This document shows positions 56,858 through 64,000 of a stretch of DNA of 64,000 bases, piece after piece; the first letter of the stretch is position 1; each line of letters starts with the position of its first letter. The DNA is from an uncultured Thermotogae bacterium. Lineage in GTDB: Bacteria > Bipolaricaulota > Bipolaricaulia > UBA7950 > UBA9294. The stretch is taken from the NCBI GenBank assembly GCA_964620325.1, contig CAZUIM010000003.1, positions 43,319 through 107,318 on the forward strand, written 5' to 3'. Under the pieces are notes generated by a model. The model made no database searches. It saw nothing but the letters and a program-made list of their open reading frames with translations, and was not told where the DNA came from. The position numbers were made by a program, and so were the translations under genes.

Positions 56858-57150
56858 TCAGCAGTCGGCGCGGATGTCGAACTCGGCGTCTTCCACCCAT
56901 TCGTTCGGGCGGTTGTAGTACTCGACGAGCGAGGTGACGAACAGGAAACGCTCGCGCTCGATCGGCCAATCGCTCGAGCGGGGCGGCCCGTTTCGCATCG
57001 TCGGCCGCATTCAGGCGCTCGCGGTAGGCGGTAGAACGTCTCGGGCGTCCGCTCGACGTTCATCCCTCGTCGGAGAAGCTCGACGAGCGGCGCGTCCGGG
57101 GGAAAGCTAGCCTGCCCAGGATGGCGTTCGGCGGCGGCGTCGATCGGCAA
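56858..57150 (-). pseudogene. small hypothetical gene broken over three frames
   Basis: Frame a reads MPIDAAAERHPGQASFPPDAPLVELLRRGMNVERTPETFYR. Frame b reads YRERLNAADDAKRAAPLERLAD. Frame c reads RERFLFVTSLVEYYNRPNEWVEDAEFDIRADC*. Confidence 0.35.
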
Positions 57151-57343
57151 CGCGTGCCAGGCCGCCGGTCAACGGGGATTGCTGCGACTTGCATCGATCG
57201 GCCGGCTTCCTGTATGGTCATGTTCGGCTCTTCTCAAATGAGGTGGCGAGTGTACCTCAACTTCCCAGAGCGGCGAACGCTGTTCATGTGTTGTTTTCTC
57301 ATGCGGATCGATCCCCCGGACAACGATGACATGGAGGTGCTCG

Positions 57344-58438
57344 ATGAAACGAAGGGGCTTGTTTGTATTGGGACTGCTCGTATTGGTGGCCATTCCGCTT
57401 TCGGCGATCTCGCTCTGCGACTACCACTCGCCGGAGACGTCGCTGACCGATGTCGGGATGTCGATGAATTATCGATACTTCGACGACGGGGGGACGCCGG
57501 AAGTCGACGTGAATTCGGGGCGAGTCGAGGTCGATTTCAGCCACGTGTACGATTCACCGTCTCTGGGAGGTAGCTTCGCCGGATTGACGAGGATGTCGCT
57601 CGTCGACTACGTCCCTTCGAACTTGCTGGCGCAGGCCTCGGGATCCGTCCGATACTACTTCGACAAGGAGTCGGCGTGGTATGCGTTCGGCGGGACGGAG
57701 GGATCGGCGACGCTCGCGACGCTCACGCTCGATCTTCAAGCAGGGGCGGGCTACGGTCGTTTCACGGACGTGACCCCGATGGCCAAGGCCGTCGACATCG
57801 GGGAGAGGCTCCTGGAGCTGGGGGTCATCGAGGTCGAGCTTTCCGACGACGCGTTGAAGTCCATTGCGGAGGAGATCGGGCGAAGAGCCGAGTATGCCGA
57901 GCTTCGCGATCTGGTCCAGAGCATCGAGGATGCGATTGAGGGCGAGGCGAGCGTCGAGCTCGGATCACAGGCTCTCCTTTGGATCGAGGAGATCGTCGAA
58001 CGATCTGGCGATACGCGGAAATGCGGATGGACGATCCAAGGGGGCGTCGGCTATGAGCTGTTCGATCCGGACGGCGTGGGACGCGACGTGCTGTTCGCCC
58101 TGAGTGCAGACGCCGCATGGTCGATCTCCTCGTCGGACGCGGCAATCGTCCATGCCGGGCTTTCCGGGCCCTTGGCATCGGGGACCGAGATCAGGATCAA
58201 CGTCAACGCAGCGTACGAGCGAGAGGTGACGGAGGACGTCAGATCGGGTCTTCGTCTTGCATGGCAACGAGTGGACCCGGCTTCCGGGACTCCTACGAAC
58301 ACGTGGACGGCGTCCGCAACGGTCGCGTTCGAACTCGATCGGAAGGCCATCGGACTCCAAGCGTCGATCGGCCGAGATCCCGGAGACCCCAAGCTGACTG
58401 CGGAGTTCTCCGTTTCCGCATCGATTGACCTGCTGTGA
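57344..58438 (+). CDS. secreted hypothetical protein, beta-rich with a central helical insert
   Basis: GGAGGTG-ATG. Signal peptide MKRRGLFVLGLLVLVAIPLSA. Alternating-hydrophobic strands (SVRYYF, WYAFGG, TLTLDLQAGAGYG, WTIQGGVGYELF, TASATVAFEL). No family recognised. Confidence 0.55.
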   Translation: MKRRGLFVLGLLVLVAIPLSAISLCDYHSPETSLTDVGMSMNYRYFDDGGTPEVDVNSGRVEVDFSHVYDSPSLGGSFAGLTRMSLVDYVPSNLLAQASGSVRYYFDKESAWYAFGGTEGSATLATLTLDLQAGAGYGRFTDVTPMAKAVDIGERLLELGVIEVELSDDALKSIAEEIGRRAEYAELRDLVQSIEDAIEGEASVELGSQALLWIEEIVERSGDTRKCGWTIQGGVGYELFDPDGVGRDVLFALSADAAWSISSSDAAIVHAGLSGPLASGTEIRINVNAAYEREVTEDVRSGLRLAWQRVDPASGTPTNTWTASATVAFELDRKAIGLQASIGRDPGDPKLTAEFSVSASIDLL

Positions 58439-58478
58439 GTCTTTCTGAGAGCATGGAAGAGTCGGAGAAGGGAGGCGA

Positions 58479-59228
58479 ATGATGTTGCGTTCAGCAAAGG
58501 AGATCATCGGGTACGAGCTCGCTGCGACCGACGGAACGTTCGGTCGATGTAAGGACTTTCTGTTCGATGATCGACAGTGGGGGATCCGCTACATGGTCGC
58601 CGACACGGGAACGTGGCTTCCGGGTCGGAGGGTCCTGATCTCACCGATCTCGCTGGAAGAGCCCGATTGGGACGCGCGGCGTCTCAAGGTCGCGCTCACG
58701 CGTGAGCAGATCGAGAACAGCCCCTCGCTGTCGGAGGACGAGCCGGTTTCGAAGCAATTCGAGATCGACTACTACGGCTACTACGAATGGCCGTTCTACT
58801 GGGTCGGTCCCGGGGTTTGGGGACCGTACGCGTTACCTCGTGATCTGAGACACGAGATCGAAGGCTCCGAGGAACCCGGGAGCGGACGAGCGGAGGATCC
58901 ACATCTTCGCTCCACGCGAGAGGTGACAGGATACAGGGTGGCGGCTGCCGACCGCGAGATCGGCCACATCGACGATCTGATCGTAAGCGACGAGGAATGG
59001 ATCGTCCGGTACATCGTCGTCGACACGCGCAATTGGCTTCCCGGGCGGCGTGTGTTGGTCGATCCGGGATGGTTCACCGGAATCGAGTGGCCTCAGGGAA
59101 AGGCTCACACGGATCTGACGGCCGACGAGATCGAGAACAGCCCGGAGTTCGATCCGAGCGCTCCGATCAACCGGGAGTACGAGAGGAAGTTGTACGACTA
59201 CTACGGACGACCCGTCTATTGGGAGTGA
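58479..59228 (+). CDS. tandem PRC-barrel domain protein (intact paralogue)
   Basis: GRCKDFLFDDRQWGIRYMVADTGTWLPGRRVLISP and GHIDDLIVSDEEWIVRYIVVDTRNWLPGRRVLVDP. Ends YYGRPVYWE. Confidence 0.8.
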   Translation: MMLRSAKEIIGYELAATDGTFGRCKDFLFDDRQWGIRYMVADTGTWLPGRRVLISPISLEEPDWDARRLKVALTREQIENSPSLSEDEPVSKQFEIDYYGYYEWPFYWVGPGVWGPYALPRDLRHEIEGSEEPGSGRAEDPHLRSTREVTGYRVAAADREIGHIDDLIVSDEEWIVRYIVVDTRNWLPGRRVLVDPGWFTGIEWPQGKAHTDLTADEIENSPEFDPSAPINREYERKLYDYYGRPVYWE

Positions 59229-59234
59229 TCAGAG

Positions 59235-59675
59235 ATGAAAGCTCGCACCGCTGCGTTGGTGTTCCTGGCGTTGCTGGTCGTCGCCGTCGTCGTGATCGTC
59301 GTGCTGCCCGCCTCCGACCCCTTGGGGGATGCAGAGACCGTCTATTTGGATCTCATGGGGCGCGAAGAGGATTCGGGAACCGCGGCGACGATCCAGGAAC
59401 AGCTGAGAGTCGTGCTCAACGAGCGGAACCTCCAGATCGTAGCGGACCGGGAACGAGCGGACGTGGCTCTTGCAATCAGTGCGATCGACCTGAATCTCGG
59501 AGACGTGGAGTTCTCGGTGAGTCGCGGCGAGCTCGCCGGACAAGCGAAGGCCGTCCTGAAGACAACAGACCTTCGGACCGGTCGAGAGCATACAATGGAT
59601 CTGATCGTGCGCGTGCGCGACGGTCGGATCAGTGCGTCATTGAAGGCGCGCAAGTTCTACGAGTTCTGGAAGTAG
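59235..59675 (+). CDS. membrane-anchored hypothetical protein
   Basis: An N-terminal TM (AALVFLALLVVAVVVIVVL) and a 120-aa soluble domain. Starts 6 nt after the PRC-barrel stop. Confidence 0.5.
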   Translation: MKARTAALVFLALLVVAVVVIVVLPASDPLGDAETVYLDLMGREEDSGTAATIQEQLRVVLNERNLQIVADRERADVALAISAIDLNLGDVEFSVSRGELAGQAKAVLKTTDLRTGREHTMDLIVRVRDGRISASLKARKFYEFWK

Positions 59676-59697
59676 CGCCCTAAGAGAGGAGGCACAG

Positions 59698-59907
59698 ATG
59701 TCCATTGCGAAGATCATCGAGCTCATCGGAACCTCGAAGGAGAGCTGGGAGGACGCCGCCGAGGCTGCGGTGAAGAAGGCGTCGGAGACGATCCACAACA
59801 TCACCGGAGTGGAGGTCATCGCACAAACGGCCTCGGTGAAGGATGGACGCATCTTCGAGTACCGAACGACGGTTCATGTGGCGTTCCGTCTCGACGAGTC
59901 GGCCTGA
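59698..59907 (+). CDS. dodecin-family flavin-binding protein
   Basis: KIIELIGTSKESWEDAAEAAVKKASETIHNITGVEVIAQTASVKDGRIFEYRTTVHVAFRL. Confidence 0.85.
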   Translation: MSIAKIIELIGTSKESWEDAAEAAVKKASETIHNITGVEVIAQTASVKDGRIFEYRTTVHVAFRLDESA

Positions 59908-59977
59908 GATTCCCGCCGGATTGACCGAATGAACGGCTCTGGGGCACGATGTTCGGCGTATCGTAGGAGGCGATCCG

Positions 59978-60658
59978 ATGGTTGAAGTGACCATGCTCGG
60001 GCGGGTTGCCCTGGCGATCGTTCTTTGTGCCATCATCGGGATGGAGCGAGAGTTCCACGGCCGGCCGGCCGGCTTGCGCACCCATCTTCTCGTCGGGGGC
60101 GGGGCCGCCCTGATCATGATCATCGGCATCACCTTCGCCGAGGGGTACTTCGTGAATACCGACGGGGCCGTGACCTTCGACATCGCGCGACTGGTGGCCG
60201 GCGTCGTCACGGGAATCGGTTTCCTCGGGGCGGGGACAATCATCCGACAGGGCGATTGGGTGCACGGCTTGACGACGGCCGCCTCGGTCTGGTTCGTCGC
60301 GGGAATCGGCATCGCCGCCGGGCTCGGGCTGTACGTCATCGCTGCGGGGGCCGCGGGGGTCGGCTTCCTCGTGCTGTTCGGCATCTCGCGGTTGGAGGCC
60401 CGGCTGCCGAATCTCGTTCGACGTACGATGATCCTGGAGATTCCGGGAGAGACCGATCCCGAGATTCGCGGGAAGATTCGCCGCCTCTGCGCCGCGCGCG
60501 GTGTTCGCACGCGCCTCCTGTCGTGGGAGGCGGACGAGGAGTCGGACGCAGCGAAGATCACGATGCTGCTCATCTACTGGCGGGACGTCGATGTGGTCTC
60601 GCTGGCCGACGAGATACGGGATGCGACCGGTGCGGCGAGTGTCGAGATCGGGCGCTAA
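59978..60658 (+). CDS. mgtC: MgtC/SapB-family membrane protein
   Basis: LAIVLCAIIGMEREFHGRPAGLRTHLLVGGGAAL and GVVTGIGFLGAGTIIR, plus a C-terminal ACT-like domain. Confidence 0.88.
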   Translation: MVEVTMLGRVALAIVLCAIIGMEREFHGRPAGLRTHLLVGGGAALIMIIGITFAEGYFVNTDGAVTFDIARLVAGVVTGIGFLGAGTIIRQGDWVHGLTTAASVWFVAGIGIAAGLGLYVIAAGAAGVGFLVLFGISRLEARLPNLVRRTMILEIPGETDPEIRGKIRRLCAARGVRTRLLSWEADEESDAAKITMLLIYWRDVDVVSLADEIRDATGAASVEIGR

Positions 60659-60791
60659 TCGGCCGGAAAGACTGGCATCGCGGCTCGCCGGATTGCACCG
60701 GAGTCGGAAGCGCGAAGCGACACGAGCTGGAGCGGAGCACATCGCTTGCCGGGAGTCCGATCGTGCGCTGTTGGGAGGTGAGTGCTGAGTC

Positions 60792-61919
60792 ATGTTCGGG
60801 AAGTCAATCACGTTATTCCGCTTGTTTGGATTCAGGGTTCGTGTCGACCTGAGCTGGCTCGTGATCGCCGTCCTCGTGACGTGGTCGCTGGCCGCGGGGG
60901 TGTTCCCCACCTACTACCCGAGTCTTTCCTCCTCGACGTACTGGTGGATGGGGATCGTTGGTGCTTTGGGGCTGTTCGCATCGGTCGTCGTTCACGAGTT
61001 CGCCCACTCGTTGGTCGCCCGAAGGTTTGGACTGCCGATGCGCGGGATCACCCTATTCATCTTCGGTGGCGTCGCCGAGATGGAAGACGAGCCTCGACAG
61101 CCGGGGGCGGAGTTCTTCATGGCCGTCGCCGGCCCGGTCACCAGCGTCCTCCTCGGACTGATTCTGTTGGGGTTCACGGCGGTCGTGCCGGCGGCCCGTT
61201 GGCCGGTGACGATCTACGGGGTCGTGAGCTACTTGGGTACGATCAACCTCGTCCTCGCCGGGTTCAACCTGCTCCCCGCGTTCCCCCTAGACGGGGGTCG
61301 CCTGTTGCGGGCGGCCCTTTGGAAGTGGACGGGGGATCTGCGGCGCGCGACGAGGATCGCGAGCAACATCGCCTCGGTGATCGGCTTCGGCTTGATCGGA
61401 CTGGGAATCGCCTTCTTCATCCGAGGCGCGTTGATCGGAGGGGTCTGGTGGTTCATCATCGGGTTGTTCGTCCGTCAGTCCGCCTCAGGAGCATACCGAA
61501 ACGTTCTCGTTCGCGAGGTCCTGCAAGGTGAGCCTCTGGAACGTTTCATGAATCCTGGCCCCGTCACGGTCCCCGCGTCGATCACCATCCAAGAGCTCGT
61601 GGAGGAGTACATCTATCGTCATCACTTCAAGATGTTCCCCGTCGTCGAAGGAACGCTTCGAGGCTGCATCACCACGGCGGACGTGAAACAGATCCCGCGG
61701 GCCGATTGGAAGCGCGAGAAGGTCGAGGATCACCTGGATGCCTGCTCATCGGAGAACAGCGTCTCGTCCGAGACGGACGCGCTCGACGCCCTCCGGCTGA
61801 TGCAGCGAACGAACAAGAGCCGGCTGTTGGTGATCGATGCCGGCGAACTCGTCGGCGTCCTGACTTTGAAGGACCTGCTCGGTTTCCTGTCGTTGAAGCT
61901 GGGATTGGAGGGGCGATGA
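60792..61919 (+). CDS. M50-family (site-2 protease type) zinc metalloprotease with CBS pair
   Basis: VVVHEFAHSLVAR (HExxH) and NLLPAFPLDGGRLLRA, with a C-terminal CBS pair (PVTVPASITIQEL..; LLVIDAGELVGVLTLKDL). Confidence 0.88.
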   Translation: MFGKSITLFRLFGFRVRVDLSWLVIAVLVTWSLAAGVFPTYYPSLSSSTYWWMGIVGALGLFASVVVHEFAHSLVARRFGLPMRGITLFIFGGVAEMEDEPRQPGAEFFMAVAGPVTSVLLGLILLGFTAVVPAARWPVTIYGVVSYLGTINLVLAGFNLLPAFPLDGGRLLRAALWKWTGDLRRATRIASNIASVIGFGLIGLGIAFFIRGALIGGVWWFIIGLFVRQSASGAYRNVLVREVLQGEPLERFMNPGPVTVPASITIQELVEEYIYRHHFKMFPVVEGTLRGCITTADVKQIPRADWKREKVEDHLDACSSENSVSSETDALDALRLMQRTNKSRLLVIDAGELVGVLTLKDLLGFLSLKLGLEGR

Positions 61920-61990
61920 CCTCGGGAAAGGCGGGCGATAGCCGGCCTGAACAGGGCTGGACTCCGCCGATTGAGCGGGAGGCGTAGGGA

Positions 61991-63070
61991 GTGCCAGTTC
62001 CTCAGCGCCGGTCATTTCGCAGTCTGCTCACAATCGCCGCGGCGGTCGCCGCGATCGTCGCCCTTTCGTACTGGTTTCGGCCTCTGTTCGTCGCGTTCGC
62101 CTCGCTCCTCGCGGGAATCCTGCTCGCGATCCTTCTCGATGCTCCGATCGGATGGTTGAGGCAGCGACTCAGGATTCACCGAAACCTCGCCGTCGGGATC
62201 GTCATCTTCGTCGCCCTTGTCGTCTTGGGCGGCTTTCTCTGGGCGGTCGGCCCGCCGTTCGCCTCACAGCTCAGCCAACTCGCCGCTCGGATGCCGGACG
62301 CGGTCGAGGCCGTACGCGGCTTTCTCGTCCAATTCGAGTGGGGCAAGAACATCGTCGCACTTCTTCCGGAAGTTAGCCGGTTCGGCGAGTTTGCTCCCCA
62401 GATCATCGGTGGGATCTCCCAGGCGTTCTCTTCGACGATCGAGAGCATCGTCGGAACGCTCGTCGCCCTGTTTATCGGGGCCTATCTGGTGGTCGACCCG
62501 AAGCTCTACATCGAGGGGGCACTGAAGCTGTTCCGGAGCGATCGGCGGGCGCGGATGCGCGAAGTTCTGGCGGGGATGAACAGGGCGCTGCGCTGGTGGC
62601 TCGTCGGTCGATTCGCCTCGATGATCCTCGTCGGCGCGTTGACCATCGCCGCGTTGCTCGTGATGGGCGTTCCTTTGGCGCTGGGATTGGGGCTGCTCGC
62701 CGGGCTTCTCGGTCTCATTCCCTACGTCGGGCCGATACTGGCGGCGCTACCCGCGATACTCATCGCCGTTTCGCAAACGCCGATTCTGGCCCTGTACGTT
62801 GTCATCGTCTACACCGGAATCCAGGTCGTCGAGAATTACCTCATTACACCGATCGTGCAGCGCAAACTCGTCCGGCTGGCTCCCGTGGTCGTCATCGTCG
62901 CGCAGGTCATTCTCGGCCTGACGTTCGGCCTGATCGGCGCCCTGCTGGCGACGCCGATCGCGATCATCGTGATCGTCGCCGTACAGATGCTTCACGTCGA
63001 GGACGAGCTTGGCGATACCGTCCGGATTCTCGGGACCACGGGTCACGAAAGCACCGGGACGACGCCATGA
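61991..63070 (+). CDS. AI-2E family transporter (PerM/UPF0118)
   Basis: A 359-aa protein with about 8 TM segments. LGLIPYVGPILAALPAILIA and YTGIQVVENYLITPIV. GTG start after GGGAGG. Confidence 0.82.
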   Translation: MPVPQRRSFRSLLTIAAAVAAIVALSYWFRPLFVAFASLLAGILLAILLDAPIGWLRQRLRIHRNLAVGIVIFVALVVLGGFLWAVGPPFASQLSQLAARMPDAVEAVRGFLVQFEWGKNIVALLPEVSRFGEFAPQIIGGISQAFSSTIESIVGTLVALFIGAYLVVDPKLYIEGALKLFRSDRRARMREVLAGMNRALRWWLVGRFASMILVGALTIAALLVMGVPLALGLGLLAGLLGLIPYVGPILAALPAILIAVSQTPILALYVVIVYTGIQVVENYLITPIVQRKLVRLAPVVVIVAQVILGLTFGLIGALLATPIAIIVIVAVQMLHVEDELGDTVRILGTTGHESTGTTP

Positions 63071-63777
63071 GCAAGGCGCTCACGATCGCGATGTACTGCT
63101 GGGCCGCCGGTTTCGCCTCGTTCGTCGGAGCGGGGGCCGCGCGGCTTCTTTCCATCCAGAGAAGCGAGGCGGCGCGGGAGATCACCCACGGCGTCGTGGC
63201 GTTCGGCGGCGGCATTCTCATGGCTGCAGTCGCCTTCGCGTTGGTTCCGGAGGGGATGGCACTCCTTCCGCTCTGGATGGCGGTTCCGATCTTCTTCGTC
63301 GGCTCAGTGGTCTTTGCATACGCTGATGAGCGACTGAACAGACGGGGAAACCCGAGATCGCAGCTCATGGCGATGATCTTGGATTACCTGCCGGAGGCGG
63401 TCAGTCTCGGCGCCGTCTTTCCCCACAAACCGCAACTGGGGGTCCTGTTGGCCGTCTTCATCGGCGCCCAGAATCTGCCGGAAGGCTTTGCAGCATTTCG
63501 CGAGATGACCGGTGCGAACGCTTCGGTCGCTCGTGTTCTGCGTCGGATGTTCTTCCTGAGTCTTCTCGGGCCGGGCGCCGGCCTGTTCGGCTACTTCTTT
63601 CTGCAGTCAAATCACCGGGTGGTCGGTGCGTTGATGCTCCTGTCCGGCGGTGGCATCCTGTATCTCGTCTTTCGAGACATCGCTCCAAGAGCTCGAATGA
63701 AGCGACACTGGTCGCCAACGCTTGGGGCGACGCTCGGCTTCATCCTCGGAATGGTCGGTGAAAGGCTCCTCAGCTAG
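63067..63777 (+). CDS. ZIP-family divalent metal transporter (ZupT-like)
   Basis: ATGA overlap with the upstream stop. AFALVPEG, IGAQNLPEGFAAF and LSGGGILYLVFRDIAP. Confidence 0.78.
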   Translation: MSKALTIAMYCWAAGFASFVGAGAARLLSIQRSEAAREITHGVVAFGGGILMAAVAFALVPEGMALLPLWMAVPIFFVGSVVFAYADERLNRRGNPRSQLMAMILDYLPEAVSLGAVFPHKPQLGVLLAVFIGAQNLPEGFAAFREMTGANASVARVLRRMFFLSLLGPGAGLFGYFFLQSNHRVVGALMLLSGGGILYLVFRDIAPRARMKRHWSPTLGATLGFILGMVGERLLS

Positions 63778-63894
63778 GACGACGAGCCGAGCCGACCGCT
63801 TGACGCTGCTCGACGCTTTTCATACGGTAAAGATGCGACAGGCTGTGGACCTCTGCGAATTGAGACCTGAGCCGAACGACAGAGGAGGTGGCGG

Positions 63895-64000
63895 ATGGAC
63901 TCAGGCAGAAAGTGTCACGAAAGCAGACGGGTGCTGGCGATCGTCGCTCTCGCCTCCATTCTTGTACTGGCGGGGCTACCGATCCTCGGTCAAGAGCGGG
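63895..64000 (+). CDS. 5' fragment of a secreted or membrane protein (continues beyond the window)
   Basis: GAGGAGGTG lies before the ATG. MDSGRKCHESRRVLAIVALASILVLAGLPILGQE looks like a signal peptide. The frame is open to the window end. Confidence 0.3.
   Translation, partial: MDSGRKCHESRRVLAIVALASILVLAGLPILGQER

Noticed and set aside
62596-63066. An N-terminal extension of the ZIP transporter ORF.
   Set aside because: It is an Arg-rich shadow of the AI-2E gene. The ZIP protein starts at the ATG at 63067, which overlaps the AI-2E stop.

Overview
This is 64 kb of high-GC bacterial chromosome (roughly 60-65 % by eye). It has GGAGG-type ribosome-binding sites and frequent ATGA/GTGA start-stop overlaps. 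I call about 58 intact protein genes, about 13 gene relics, one IS3 fragment and a few promoter and hairpin candidates. I saw no rRNA, tRNA or CRISPR array. All family calls rest on motifs read by eye from the supplied translations; nothing was searched or computed.

Blocks:
- 1-7.2 kb: antiporter, DEAD-box helicase, two Usp genes around a split PRC-barrel gene, and an orphan ZnuA-like binding protein.
- 7.3-20.4 kb: a carbohydrate or hydroxy-acid island. It holds two GntR/HutC regulators, a HAD phosphatase, a C_GCAxxG_C_C protein, a LarA-like protein, a VOC protein, two DeoC-type aldolases, a sugar ABC transporter with an embedded NTF2-like gene, and an FGGY kinase.
- 20.4-27.4 kb: a roughly 1 kb stretch with no intact gene, a DUF438/PAS protein, DUF389, a lectin-fold lipoprotein, a baeRF3-like protein and a broken IPT/PD40 lipoprotein.
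- 27.7-32.3 kb: an ArsR-led thiol/disulfide cluster that ends at an IS3 relic.
- 33-41.8 kb: DUF4230, a DUF389 pseudogene, kdpDE followed by trkAH (no kdpFABC), and a P1B-ATPase relic.
- 41.9-56.8 kb: SDR, PfkB kinase, DUF72, OsmC, Fpg and a LigD split into three separate genes. Relics of SOR, GAPDH, a radical-SAM enzyme and a C45 peptidase are interspersed, along with an orphan protein that has a degenerate cyclase-like domain.
- 57.3-64 kb: secreted and stress proteins (PRC-barrel, dodecin), then MgtC, an M50-CBS protease, an AI-2E transporter and a ZIP transporter.

The most noteworthy observations are the very high relic density, the LarA-like/twin-DeoC island, the ArsR redox cluster, the kdpDE-trkAH arrangement and the cyclase-like orphan. 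I did not recognise a canonical defence or mobile system, and none of the novel readings is proven.
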